Of a stretch of 64,000 nt of DNA, positions 49,801 to 61,136 are shown piece after piece (positions within the stretch are counted from its first letter, which is position 1; the number at the start of each line of letters is the position of its first letter). Where the stretch lies: the NCBI RefSeq assembly GCF_037042905.1, contig NC_087251.1, positions 3,660,001 through 3,724,000 on the forward strand. The letters run 5' to 3'. Position numbers and translations under genes: made by a program. The DNA comes from Lytechinus pictus (taxonomy: Eukaryota). A model generated the notes under the pieces. That model ran no database searches and was not told the origin of the DNA. It worked only from the letters and a program-made list of their open reading frames with translations.

Positions 49801-52800
49801 CCATGTAGTCAGGTCTTGGCCATGACATGAGCCTTGACCTTGACTTTCTGACCTAGTGCACAACACTGGTGCCATGACATCAATATGATACTGTATGTCT
49901 AATCATGTGAAATGAACGAATATTTGAATATAAAATGCAAATAATAATGACATTTGATTTTTACTATATACATGTATTTATGGAATAATGGAATAGGCCA
50001 ATTTATCTACATACAGAATTGTATTAAAATCAGATTATTTTTGGTATATTCACAAATTGTAATTTGATTTTTATTTCATATGTAAATTTTAACAGTATAA
50101 TTTTCACATTTATAAATGTTTGTAATAGTGGAATTGTAAACATGTGACCTGCCACCCCCAAAGCAACAATAAGTCACCAGGGAAGGTTCTCTGTGATTGG
50201 CTAAAAAATTATCTTGGTCTTCAAAAAGTTAAACTTAGAAAATCAGCTTTCTGAATGAATAATTTTTCTTCTTCATACTGTCAATATTGTAAAGTTAAGA
50301 CCAGGTGCAAGAGTTTCTTTGAGACCATATTTTTCTGGATTAAGTGGAAGTTTTACAGAGATTACATAGTGTGCTTATCTCATGTCTGATCAAACCCTAT
50401 TTGAACATTAAAACTTTCAGGCTCAATGGAAAGCTTAAAATTCACTTTTGGCAACTTATTGTTGGTTTTAGGGTGGCTGGTCACAAATGATACTACCATG
50501 AGCTATATTGTATATTGTATATTTAAGCCTATTAATGAACAACAAAATTAACACATTTGATATATTGATAATTATTCCACCATAACTCAACATACCTGAT
50601 CCAATGAAAACTCATCCCTGACAATGCTTCCGATACTTTCCTGAATATGTCGTGTTCATGAATGGGTAAATTAGACTGTTTAAGTTACCTATTCCACTTA
50701 TTCCAGATATAATTATTATGCAAATTTTCAAAAATACATGTCAACTTTGGAATAATGTGACAAGTGCAAAATCATAATATCAAACTTTTCAAACAAATAG
50801 CGAATCTGCAGAAGTGTAGTTCTAGATACAGACTCAAAGAATATAAACAAGTACTATGTATACATGGTATGCCATTGGGTATTAATATTTTTATTTAAAT
50901 GAGGGGAAACACACTTTTTGTGGTACTTATGTTCAGCAGTATGTGTGTAATATCACCACCATAACAGGAAAAAAAATTATCTTTGTTGAACCATATTTGG
51001 GAAAGTACCAAAGGAATGGTTTAATTGATTTCCATCAAGATTCAAGAAGAAACTATACTCCACTTTTGTACGGGGGGGGGGGGGGGGGGGGTTCAAGACT
51101 ACCCTTTTTTAGGTACTATTTGGAACTTTCCTGATATTTTTTTCTTGGTGATGTTTTAAAAAAAGTGAAATTTTTATGAGTTAAAGTATCTCCCTAAACA
51201 CTAATGATCTTCTTATAACATGTAGTGTGATTGCATTATAATGACATTGGTTATGACATCAAGCTGTACTTACGACTTCCTAGGTTTCTGTCCAACCTGT
51301 ATTATCTTATTATCTTCCTCTGGTGTACAGATAATAGTTCGTGCTGTTGTTGAAACAAGAAGTTTTTTGTGAGCATAGCTAAGCTGTACCACTGCTTCCT
51401 CTTCTGTTACCACACATGACGCTTGGCATTGATTCTAGGAAATAGACAAGGACTGTATATGATCATCACAAACAATACACAAATTAAATTCAAAGAACCA
51501 TTGAAAAAATATGTATGTGAAAACGTCTTGTAAAATAATTCATGTGACATTCGTGTGACAACGACTCCTGATAATCTTCAAATTTGAAGGTCACTCAAAG
51601 TAAATGTAAAACTCTTTATGCAGCAGATTAATCAAAATATATTATATTCTTGAACACACAAAAAAGACACATCAAACAAATGATTGTTCAACACAATTTT
51701 CAAATCTTCCTAGATGTGAAAAACAAATTATCTGACATTCATTGTGATAGGGCTTCTACTTGATATTCTAAGATTTACATGGTGCCAATAACATAAAGAG
51801 CCACCCTCAGCAACATTCTACTCGCAATGTCGATGGAATCAAAGGTGACCACACAAAAATTTTCAGAGACAATTGTTGTTGGGATGTCTCTTGGTTGCAA
51901 AGCAATTAATCAATCAATTTCTTTAAAAAAAACAAATTGAAAATAAATGAAAATCATTCAAAATACAATGCCAAGAATTTATCTGTAAACTTGGGACAAA
52001 AACTCACATGGGCAAATTATTTAATTCAAAGGCAGGCATTTTGTAGTGGCATGTGTGAAGACAACAAACATTGATGAGCATGTGTGAATAGTTACCTCAT
52101 AGAAGTCTAGTGTTGTCTGTATGACTCTACCCTGATTGTCTCCAGTGAATAATTTCATACCATTACTACTCCATTCAATACATGTTACGGGCTTGGTTTC
52201 ATGTAAGTTCTCTACTACAAACTTCTTGGCCTGGAAGAAGAAAGGAGAATCATTCAGAGATTATATTGATTGATATTCATTATGAGAGAACAGAATAAAG
52301 TACAATATAGAGATACACGAGAGAGAGACAGAATGAGAAATAACAGTCTAGAAAAATCAAAGGGAAAATTATGTTATTAAAGAGAGAAAAAATGAGAAAA
52401 TAGGACAAAGGGAATAAAGAAACGAGAAAATATAAAAGACTGTAATTCACACAATGTGAAATATATCAAACTTCATATAAATGTGCAACAGGGATATAGA
52501 GGGAAGAGTGTACTAGAAATAAACAGTTACATTTAACAAGTGGAGTGCCTCTGGCAGTCTCGCCTGCATTATGCGATTCGATATAACCAGTAGCGTATGC
52601 AGGATTTTTTAAAGGGGGGGGGGGGGGGGTTCGTGCTGAATGAAAAGTTTACAAGCCCCACATCCCCCCCCCCAAAAAAAAAAAGTCTTCACCAAAAAGT
52701 GGAGGTCATTTCGTACCAAAAAAATTGGACAAGCAAAAAAAAAGGGGGGGGAGTTACCAAAAAATGAAGGGGGGTTGAACCCCCATAACCCCCACCCCCT

Positions 52801-55800
52801 GTGTACGCAACTGGATAACAGATTGATGCTGATTTTGAAAACAGCTATTGAATAATTATTCACAAAAGAAAACATTAATAAAATACTACTGTATGTCCAT
52901 TGACCCAAAATGACCTTTGACCATTATCATGTAACCTACAACATGTAATACGTGTGCAAAACAATCATTCATACTTGATTACCCTTATGTCTATTTTTCA
53001 TGAAGTACATGTAGATCCATAAATTGTCGTTATGCCAATTCAACTAATACCCCCAACACGGCCAAAGTTCATTTTCCTTAAATGACCTTTGATCTTGGCC
53101 ATGTGACCTGAAATGCACACATGATATTCAGGGATACATGGTTGCTCTTATGTCCAATTTTCATGCACTAGATCCATAAAAAATGACAAAGATATGATGA
53201 CAATTCCACAAATACCACCAACATTACCAAAATCCATTGACCCGAAGTGACCTTTGACCTTGTTCATGTGACCTGAAACTCGCAAAGGATGTTCAGGGAT
53301 ACATGATTGATGTCAAAGTTTCATGACCTACATGTAGATCAAAAAAAGTTCAAAGTTATGACAATTCAAAAACTTAACCTTGGTTAAGATTTCAATGTTG
53401 ACGACGCCACCACCGCCGTCGGAAAAGCGGCGCCTATAGTCTCGCTCTGCTATACAGGCAAGACCAAAATGAAATTAGAATCAAAAGTAGAAAGTATTGG
53501 CAATTTTATCACTTTTAGTATCACATGGATCAATTCAATGTGATACAAAAAACTCAGATTGACATTGTTTGTGATATAAACATCACACATACATGTACAG
53601 GTTCAGGATTATGAGACAAAGATAAAAATATTTTAAAAAGGATTCATACAAAAATTGTATAAAATCATGGAATGAACACTGTTTATGCACAGCATGTCAA
53701 TGTACTGTATAGACAACCGTAAAAGTAATTATTGTTTTCGCAATTTGCCTCATCATCACAGCATCATAAAAACCTGCTGATTATTCTGACATTAAGAAAG
53801 AGGTCATGCCAGATATCAATGCTATCTCCTATCCAGAAAATAGCTAGATAAAATTTTCAATACAGGTTGGACTTTTGCCCCTACTGAACAATGTGCTACA
53901 CAGCTTCTATTTACAAGCTAAACTTGGCAGTAAATAATGAAAGGTTTTGAAATCATGGTTTCTGCCATACATCTTAAAGTTCTTGCATACATGTAGTGTA
54001 CACAAAAGGTTGTGAAATGAGAGACTGAAACACAATACACCGATAATTGTCAGCATACATGTAGTTGGGCATGTGATACTGCTTGTAAAAAGAACTGTCA
54101 ACCCAACAGAATTCTAAGCTTGTTTTGCTTATTTCTCAGCAACTACTCATTTTCTACCAGAATAAATTTGCTTTTTTTTTCAAAATTTTCAAAGCATGTA
54201 AGCAAATACGGTCAGTTTATCAGATTTAGATCAAACCCTTTACGTGATTGCTACCAAATGTTTTATATTCAAAGTCACAATGAACTTTAATTCAAATCAT
54301 TGTTATCTTATCATAATACATGTGCATCTATATGTGATTGCTCAGAATATACTTCTACCAAACTGGGGAGAAGGGTAGGTTGGGGAATCACACAAACACT
54401 CTACTGAATCATTCTTTAAAAGGAGCTATTGATTAAAAAAATTATGACTCCACAAGAATGACTGGAATATACATGTAATCAAAAGAATGACCTGTACCAA
54501 AGTATGTACATGTATTACAGCTCATAGCATTCTTATTCACCTCTGTAGTTTCCTCTTACTTTGTATGACTTCATCAGGAAAGGGACTTTGGACTTTCTAT
54601 ACCACTTCTCAGGTATTAATAGTCTCACATGATCATATAAGTTTACTAATACATTGATGATCTAAGACTAATACACTGTTTATCTCTATAAGTTCTAGAT
54701 ATTGCAAAGGTTCAGCTGTTTATTAATCTTCATATTTCTCATTTCCTTGTTATTTTTTATGTTAACTTTATTTGTGACATTTTATTTTTTCATTGAACAT
54801 GTTCTTAGATAGTGTGCAGTCCAAATGACATTGAGCAACATGTGGGATGCATCTTAAATGATTGAAAATTCAATTCACTCATTAATCCTGAATAAAATTC
54901 AATACAGCCAATGACCAAAACTACATACATTCAACATAATTATAAATAAAAAATAGAAAAAAATACATTTTACAAAGTGAACATTTTGCCTACCAAACTT
55001 AAACTTAATTCAGAAAACCTTCCAGGTAATGGGCAAAGATGTTGTTGTTTTTTTAACAATAGTATCAGGTTCATTAAATATTTCATTCATTTCAGAGTAG
55101 TAAAATGTCCAATTACTCTTAGTGATCCGATTTACTTACTTCTTTCACTTATACATGTGAGAGCTTCAAACTTTTTCAGTTAACCTGCTTCCAGATATTA
55201 TACAACATGCAAGTTGCACACTATCATAACCTGAATCTTAATGTAATTTCAGGCAGTTTATCTTGAAAAATTGCCATGGCTGCTCATGATTTTAAATGAG
55301 TAAACAATAATTAGCGGTTTAATACAGAGCATGTGCTGTAGATCCAGAGCATAAGGGGGGGGGGGGGTCACATTTACCTGTACAGAATGCCCATGAGATC
55401 TTGATGGAAGAAGAAATATCTCAACATGTCCATTAGAAGTACCTACAGCCAACTGATGATCCAAGCATGTCAAAAGCTTTACACTAGTCACATGAGAGTA
55501 TTTATCCTACAAAGATCAAGACAAGGAAAATGCATTTGTAAACACAGAAATTCAAAGCCAAGAAAAGAATTTACTATCAATTACTTGTCTTATTCTTGTA
55601 TAGTTTGAGCTGTAATATGGCTTCATTATGTAGTTTTGGGTTTGTTTTTTTAAAGGTGCCACTGTGTGTATTCTTGGCTGGGAAAAACATTAACATAGTA
55701 ACATAGGCTACATGTACAGTATAAAGATACAAGATTTCCTCCAATTCTTACTGTAAGTGAAGTTCTTACCGAGATGATTCATTATCGATATTGTTCACTT

Positions 55801-58800
55801 ACAACTTTTACCCTCATTCAATCTCCATCTTTTCAAATTGATCTCAAACCTTGAAATTGATTGAATGATATAGTTGAGAAAAAAAAATCTTATCTATTTT
55901 TTGTATAAAGTATCAAACCACACTATTCTTATGTTATCCAAGAAAACCAATCCAATAATTTGTTATAGTGCTTTTTCTTTTTGTTTACAAAGTGCTGCAC
56001 ACACACTACTCCATGTTTGGGCCACTAAAACAATATTTCAATACTTAAGAATGATCAGCTTTAATAGTCCATGCAATCCATTGCTCTCTTTGCAAAATAG
56101 ATGGGACTTTAATGGCAATGGTAATGAAATTCTGTAGAAGAAAGATATATCCTTGCAAGATTCAATCAGTTTTAATAAATTTTCAAATGGATTTTAATGC
56201 TTATGAACAATAATTTATTTATTAACAATAAATTCATTCATGAAAAATATGAAAGACAGGCACACATTGGCAAACAATAATTAAGTTTTAATCTGTTTAG
56301 TTACTTTGAATAATCTAATTTGAATACAACTCTTAACATCACTGGAATTACATACTATAGTATACATGTATATATTCATCAAAGAATTGATCTGAGTCAT
56401 ACATGTCTGTCAGTTTGTTTGTTTTTCAGCAGGAGATATAAAGGCCAAGGGTTCTGCATACAGAGGTAAATCATCAATTCCATGTTCTGTAGATAAGGAT
56501 TCTCTCTTCATTTATTATAATCAATGAATGCACACATTTTGTTCATGATGTGTATGTACATGTATAAATACTAAAGTGTGATGAAGGCCTCATCTCAAGC
56601 ATACATGTAATACTGAAAAAAATGCTGGTACAGTGCAGTATTTAGACTATTTACATAGTTCATGTCAACTGACAAAGTGATAAATCCTGGTACATGTACA
56701 TACATGCAAACTATGTGCTGTTTACATGAATGCCCCCTGTTAGTTGATAAATCAGAACTGACTTCATTGATCAATGAAAATTCCTTAAGGGATAACATTT
56801 TTGAAAAATCAATATCAATTTCTCAGTTCATTAATTATAGAATAGAATAGAATAGAAATGGTTTATTTGAACAAAATAAATAATTCGCGGCCCGAAGGCC
56901 GAATTACAGATTTTCAGACATAAAATCAAATACACAATATACATAAAAATTACAACATAATGAAAACCGGGAATTAGAAACACAATCAATTACGTAAAAA
57001 AAAAAATTAAAAAAAAAAAAAATGCCTGAGGTAAATAATACATACATACGTTATTGCGAAATCAATCATCATTGTAATACAATCATTCTATATCCATTTA
57101 TTATTTGATTCATTATCATAATTAATCTAAGATTTTATTATTATATTTTCATCATTACTATTAATATCATATTACTATCCTTTTATTATTCACATTATCA
57201 TCATAAGAAATTAAGTATTGCACATAGAGAAACATTGACGCTTTGTACTACACTCATAAAAAAATAAAAGATGTTCGTTCATAGTCTACCACTGGTTTAC
57301 ATATTGTTACCATGTGAGTAGTTATAGGTCAAAGTAACTGGAAAATTAAGGCTATAATTGTGTAGGAAGGCTAACAGATGTATTTAAATTCCGGAAGGCT
57401 TGGCAATAAAAAAAAACTTTGTGAGAACACATACATTATTTGATATAAAGAACGATTAGCAAACGTGCGTTAATGCAGTTGTTATGAACATAAAAAAATT
57501 AAACGACAGAGAGAGAAAAAAAAATCTAAGCTCAGTTCGGTGTGGGAAAAGTAATTATCTAAAGGCAAAGTAATCAAAATCTTAACAAAAATTATGAGAA
57601 TTTTCAGTTACATAGAGTCAATAAGTCGATAAGGTAAGGGATGGCACTTTGTCGAAGTCTTTGAGTCCTACATCTCAATTGTTGCCTGACCCTACTATTT
57701 CTTAGGGTTCTGCCGACACCCTTCGGCTTAGGGATCAGGTGTGATAGTCTTTCATTCTTTTCCAGTTTCTGTGCAAAGGAAAGACATAAATCTTTCCTTC
57801 GATCTGCAAGAGACTTTAAGTGAAGTGATTCTAGTGCAGAGTCATATGATGTGAAGCGGGGACCTAGAATAATTCTTACAGTTCTCCTCTGAATTCGTTC
57901 TAGGGAAGCAATCTGTTGTTTCGTGAGTCCGCCGTTCCACACAGGGCACGCATATTCCAGGAGGGGTCTCAAGTAACCAACGTAGATTTTGCACAGATCA
58001 TCCACACAAAGACCGTGGCTCCTCAATATCCTGATCATGTACATTCTCCCATTCGCTCGCTGGAGCATGTAGTCTACATGACACTGCCACTTAAGATCAC
58101 TTTGAAGTCTCACTCCAAGAACTTTAACAGTGTCCAGAGTTTTCAATGACTGGCCATTAATTCTGAACACTGGGGGGTCAGGAGGCGACTTCATGAAACA
58201 TATTTGCATTGCTTCACATTTGACTGGGTTGAGGGTCATTCCGTTAAGGTGGGACCAATCTTGTAACTTCCGTAAGGCATTCACAGTGAGCTCCGGGGAT
58301 TCATATGCAAATCTTGTGTTAATGATACTCATATCATCTACATACTTCCAGTGTAATAGATGGTCACCTTCACAAGCATCGTTGATGACAGCAAGGAACA
58401 GTATCGGCCCCAACAATGTTCCTTGAGGTACACCAGCGTGTAGTGTAGTCCAATCTGAGACAGAGCCCTGGTAGCGAACACACTGCTTTCGATTGGTTAG
58501 AAAATCCATGACCCATTGCACAAGATCAGGAGCTACTCCGTAGGCTATTAACTTCTGTAACGCTATGGTATGATCAATTCGATCGAATGCCTTACTGAAG
58601 TCTGTTAGGATAAGGTCAGATACTGATTTACTTTTCTCTGCATGCATATACAATATGTGCAACATATCTACGAGGTAATGACATGTTGAAAGCCCTTTCA
58701 TGTTCCCGTATTGTTTCCTGTCGAGATGAGGCGCTAGGGTTTTCAAGATCCATTTGACAACAAATCCTTCGAAGACCTTTACAAAAGAATCCGTCAGGGA

Positions 58801-61136
58801 TATTGGCCTTAAATTCTCAATCACTGCAGGGGTACTCTTAGGCACAGGTATTACCACTGCCTTTTTCCACACTTCTGGTACGCAGCCTTCGGCTAGTGAT
58901 GCGGAATATATATCTGAAAGCGGTTCGCTTATTTCACATGCGAATTCTTTTATGATACGAGGAGGCATCGAGTCAGGGCCAACTGCTTTGCTGACATTTA
59001 TTTTCTTCAGCTGCCTAAACACTTCCCATGGTTCGATTCGTGGAGGGGGTGACGGTGAAGGTAGGTATGCAGGCAGATCTTCCCTTTTCATAGGAGGAAC
59101 GTCACTGGCGGTTGAAGTGAACATTTCATTGATCTTATCAGCGATCTGCTTATTGTCGTCAACTCCTGGAACTCGAATGCTAGTATTACTTGACCCCGTA
59201 TTTGTCATAACTTTAATCTGCTTATACCATTCTGCAGGGTTTGACTTCTTGTGGATTTTGATTCTCTCAACATAGTGATTCTGTTTAGCTTTCTTGATCT
59301 CTCTGCTGACACGGTTCCCAATAGCTTTAGACAGAGCTATGTCGTTCTTATGGAAAGCTCGCTGACGATCCTGGATTAGTGCTTTAATTGCAGGAGTCAT
59401 CCAGGGTTTATCACAGCTGTGCATCTTTACAACTCGTGTCGGTAAGAAACGATCAATCATACCATTCATCATTTTGTAGAACAAGTCAGTCTTTTCATTG
59501 ACAGATGATGTCTCGAGGACCGGAGACCAATCACAGCCCATGATAAAAGATCCGAATTCTCGTAGTCTTGAATCTGGCAATGGTCTTGTGACTCTCTTCA
59601 CTACTTTATTATGATGGTTACATGGTATGGTAGGTGTCCAGAGAATAGCATTGTGATCACTTGCACCAAGAGGGCATGTGATCAGCGGTTCTTGGTATTG
59701 GACAGAAAAGTTCGTTATAATTTTGTCCAAGGTTCTGTCTTCTCTTGTTGGTTTATTCACCACCTGCTTGAATCTTCTATCCCGCAGGAGTGGGGACAAG
59801 TCTAGTTGGTTAAAGTCCCTTTAATTGTAATTAAAGGGATGGTCCGGGCTGAAAGTATGTATCTAGCTTAATAAATAGAGTAGAATTCACTGAGCAAAAT
59901 GCCGAAAATTTCATCAAAATCGGATAACAAATAACAAAGTTATTGAATTTTAGAATTTAGCAATATTTTGTGAAAAACAGTCGTCATGAATATTCATTAG
60001 GTGGGCTGATTATGTCACATCTCCACTTGTTCTTTTGAATTTTATTATATGAAATTAGGTTAATTCAAATTTTTTCCTCCAAGAACTAGAAAAATTGGAT
60101 TGTCAAATGATTTAGTGCATTAGATATTTATAATGAAAAAAATATGATTTTATGTTATAACATAAGAAAACGGAAAGTGGAGATGTGACATCATCAGCCC
60201 ACCTAATGAATATTCATGACGACTGTTTTCACAAAATATTGCTAAACTTTAAACTTCAATAACTTTATTATTTGTTATCCGATTTTGATGAAATTTTCGG
60301 CATTTTGCTCAGTGAATTCTACTCTATGTATTAAGATATAAATATTTTCAGCCTGGACCATCCCTTTAAGTGTTGATCTCTTGGACAAAGTAATCTGCAA
60401 TAATTCATTAAAATACTATGGATGAATTCGTCTACACAGTTCAAAACGGATCAATTGTGTACTGAAAAAATACAAAAAAAAAAACTTGTTTAGTCTATCA
60501 ACAAGAGGTTACAGCAAGTAATACCAATACCAGTAACAATGATACTGGAAGTACTCATTTCCTACAACAATAGATGGTTTATCAATTATATTTTGTTCTG
60601 ATTTATAAAAAGAAAGTTCATATACGTACATGGACATGTACAGGTATACAAAATAATTTAGCACAGGCTGTGTTGATGAATAATTATTTGACAACTAGAT
60701 GTAAGAAGATTTCCAAACTTTAAATCTATTGAATAATCAATATAGTTTTATGATTTGTTTTATTTCATAGTTTTTTTTCCTACCATTATTAACCTTTCAT
60801 TATGATGAATAGAGCATTGGTTAAAAATTGCATGAACAGTTGAAAGTTGCAATAAATTTCAATTAAGTTTCTTGCAAGAGTTTGTCTTCTTACCTCACAT
60901 CTCAGCTTTGCTAGTTGCTGCTCCTGCCTGTCAAACACATACACTATAGAGATATTGGATCCCAACACAATGAATTCACTGCTCGCATCAACACATGTAA
61001 ATTCCACATCGATATTGGATTGACTGAGGGCGAGTACCCGTTGAGCCTTCTTAGGAAGCAGCCGAAAAAGGGAATCCAAAGGAGCATATTCCCTTAGTGT
61101 TACCAGCTCCAGTATAGACACTGGTCTACTCGCCAT
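37678..61136 (-). CDS. TECPR2: TECPR2 (tectonin beta-propeller repeat-containing protein 2) orthologue, 14 coding exons, 1641 aa
   Basis: complement join(60894-61136,55378-55506,52096-52230,51274-51434,46447-46901,45214-46098,43078-44740,42405-42537,41787-42000,39956-40045,39418-39645,38633-38923,38231-38380,37678-37826) = 4926 nt, GT-AG with consistent phases. N-terminal WD40 region (WSSNGMKLFTGDNQG, QVGQKPRKSTG.YGA.F.PGLCK), disordered middle, tectonin repeats (VWA.....Y.R.G+....P.G..W), C-terminal LIR DDWELL. Confidence 0.93.
38231..38380 (-). CDS. TECPR2: TECPR2 coding exon 13
   Basis: TQATQLCMSTDTVWALCPNGELACRFGISTDNSTGDYWKKISG; AG/GT bounded. Confidence 0.92.
38633..38923 (-). CDS. TECPR2: TECPR2 coding exon 12
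   Basis: Tectonin repeats VWAVDSAGDIHFRYGV, VWAIDNKKTVYARQGV; AG/GT bounded. Confidence 0.92.
39418..39645 (-). CDS. TECPR2: TECPR2 coding exon 11
   Basis: MIWALQTSGEIFCF...VWALSTNWDIYVRMNITQRCPGGTLWKKL; AG/GT bounded. Confidence 0.92.
39956..40045 (-). CDS. TECPR2: TECPR2 coding exon 10
   Basis: ttgaag|GATCACGATGG...AGTG|gtatgt; SRWELSNPVGLAASATWKCVCASPSYGPS. Confidence 0.85.
40326..41191. mobile_element. Kolobok-type MITE with internal inverted repeats
   Basis: TTAA flanks; termini AGATCCAGACCGG / CCGGTCAGGGTCT; inner arms at ~40528-40590 and ~40948-41009 containing TGACGTCA. Confidence 0.8.
41194..41411. mobile_element. Palindromic Harbinger-like MITE
   Basis: ~58-bp almost perfect TIR aatggcccgtattctcaaaagaggtttcaattgtaccatggtacaaaaccatggacta and its reverse complement. 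Confidence 0.88.
41787..42000 (-). CDS. TECPR2: TECPR2 coding exon 9
   Basis: cttag|GTGTGTATGAGTGAG...CTTG|gtaagt. Confidence 0.88.
42043..42360 (+). repeat. Degenerate (CAT/CAC/CAA)n trinucleotide repeat in a TECPR2 intron
   Basis: catcatcatcattatc...caccaccatcatcatc low-complexity tract between coding exons 8 and 9. Confidence 0.9.
42405..42537 (-). CDS. TECPR2: TECPR2 coding exon 8
   Basis: HLRMVCIALDSRNTGWAIDHDGMVWFRTGVTVEKPMGDDQKWWQ|gtaat. Confidence 0.9.
43078..44740 (-). CDS. TECPR2: TECPR2 coding exon 7 (disordered region plus first tectonin repeats)
   Basis: Lies within the 624-aa ORF; ttgcag acceptor at 44741, GA|gtaagt donor at 43077. Confidence 0.92.
45214..46098 (-). CDS. TECPR2: TECPR2 coding exon 6 (Ser-rich linker, poly-Lys end)
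   Basis: Open frame EPSKSEKDFG...FQSKPKTKKKKKTVK; AG/GT bounded, phase 1-1. Confidence 0.9.
46447..46901 (-). CDS. TECPR2: TECPR2 coding exon 5
   Basis: TGSYGAHFVPGLCKPSDATTYVARPGWRLW...; AG/GT bounded. Confidence 0.92.
48427..48880. mobile_element. MITE, inverted second copy of 9143-9612
   Basis: gtatggtgaggtccctcaagtctgcgcagtccc... internal ggcatttcatgtgac, aatctgaaaatgact match the reverse complement of 9143-9612; right end eroded. Confidence 0.78.
50143..50485. mobile_element. Small TIR element (superfamily unassigned)
   Basis: tgtgacctgccacccccaaagcaacaataagt / acttattgttggttttagggtggctggtcaca. Confidence 0.7.
51274..51434 (-). CDS. TECPR2: TECPR2 coding exon 4
   Basis: NQCQASCVVTEEEAVVQLSYAHKKLLVSTTARTII...QVGQKPRKS|gtaagt. 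Confidence 0.92.
52096..52230 (-). CDS. TECPR2: TECPR2 coding exon 3
   Basis: AKKFVVENLHETKPVTCIEWSSNGMKLFTGDNQGRVIQTTLDFYE (WD40 repeat). Confidence 0.92.
52535..53469 (-). mobile_element. Helentron-type (HINE/DINE-1-like) non-autonomous element
   Basis: On the minus strand: T-run start, subterminal IR gtct(t/c)gcctg / caggcgagac, 5' hairpin, internal tgacctttgacc...atgtgacct repeats, 3' hairpin tgccagaggca then cttgtt; no TSD. Second copy at 63697. Confidence 0.75.
52588..52813. mobile_element. Small hAT-like MITE nested in the Helentron-type element
   Basis: Termini CAGTAGCGTA / TACGCAACTG; segment absent from the homologous copy at 63697-64000. Confidence 0.7.
53978..54286. mobile_element. 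Degenerate TTAA-flanked MITE
   Basis: ttaa|agttc...gaact|ttaa; short TIR only. Confidence 0.4.
55378..55506 (-). CDS. TECPR2: TECPR2 coding exon 2
   Basis: DKYSHVTSVKLLTCLDHQLAVGTSNGHVEIFLLPSRSHGHSVQ; phase 0-0. Confidence 0.92.
56838..59819 (-). mobile_element. 5'-truncated non-LTR retrotransposon (CR1/L2 group LINE) in the first coding intron of TECPR2
   Basis: Begins inside the APE (G)DFN motif; uninterrupted ORF2; ~760-bp 3' UTR with stem-loop, AATAAA and (TTCTA)n tail. Confidence 0.92.
57604..59817 (-). CDS. LINE ORF2: C-terminal part of APE endonuclease plus reverse transcriptase (no native start codon)
   Basis: DFNQL, PTR...LD, SDH (APE); KAVGPD, LRPISLT, DFSKAFD, GVPQGTLLGP, YVDD, LGV (RT); no stops or frameshifts over 731+ codons. 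Confidence 0.93.
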   Translation of the reverse strand, partial: DFNQLDLSPLLRDRRFKQVVNKPTREDRTLDKIITNFSVQYQEPLITCPLGASDHNAILWTPTIPCNHHNKVVKRVTRPLPDSRLREFGSFIMGCDWSPVLETSSVNEKTDLFYKMMNGMIDRFLPTRVVKMHSCDKPWMTPAIKALIQDRQRAFHKNDIALSKAIGNRVSREIKKAKQNHYVERIKIHKKSNPAEWYKQIKVMTNTGSSNTSIRVPGVDDNKQIADKINEMFTSTASDVPPMKREDLPAYLPSPSPPPRIEPWEVFRQLKKINVSKAVGPDSMPPRIIKEFACEISEPLSDIYSASLAEGCVPEVWKKAVVIPVPKSTPAVIENLRPISLTDSFVKVFEGFVVKWILKTLAPHLDRKQYGNMKGLSTCHYLVDMLHILYMHAEKSKSVSDLILTDFSKAFDRIDHTIALQKLIAYGVAPDLVQWVMDFLTNRKQCVRYQGSVSDWTTLHAGVPQGTLLGPILFLAVINDACEGDHLLHWKYVDDMSIINTRFAYESPELTVNALRKLQDWSHLNGMTLNPVKCEAMQICFMKSPPDPPVFRINGQSLKTLDTVKVLGVRLQSDLKWQCHVDYMLQRANGRMYMIRILRSHGLCVDDLCKIYVGYLRPLLEYACPVWNGGLTKQQIASLERIQRRTVRIILGPRFTSYDSALESLHLKSLADRRKDLCLSFAQKLEKNERLSHLIPKPKGVGRTLRNSRVRQQLRCRTQRLRQSAIPYLIDLLTLCN
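59835..60365. mobile_element. Kolobok/T2-type MITE with ~200-bp TIRs
   Basis: TTAA flanks; AGGGATGGTCCGGGCTGAAA / TTTCAGCCTGGACCATCCCT; long near-perfect arms. Confidence 0.92.
60894..61136 (-). CDS. TECPR2: TECPR2 coding exon 1
   Basis: tctcag|GA ATG GCG; MASRPVSILELVTLREYAPL...LAKLRCE|gtaaga. An upstream non-coding exon is implied. Confidence 0.92.

Noticed and set aside
51072..51092. Poly-G/poly-C tracts (also 1433-1450, 24853, 26423, 52613, 61227) as functional G-quadruplex elements
   Set aside because: They are scattered, often inside MITEs, and show no positional pattern.
57916..59805. Plus-strand ORFs over the LINE and over TECPR2 exons
   Set aside because: Antisense shadows of real coding frames with no recognisable motifs.
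59800..60894. Spliced TECPR2 exon 1-reverse transcriptase fusion
   Set aside because: The exon 1 donor is phase 0, while the AGs nearest the LINE 5' end (59820-59819, 59803-59802) enter ORF2 out of frame and lack a pyrimidine tract.
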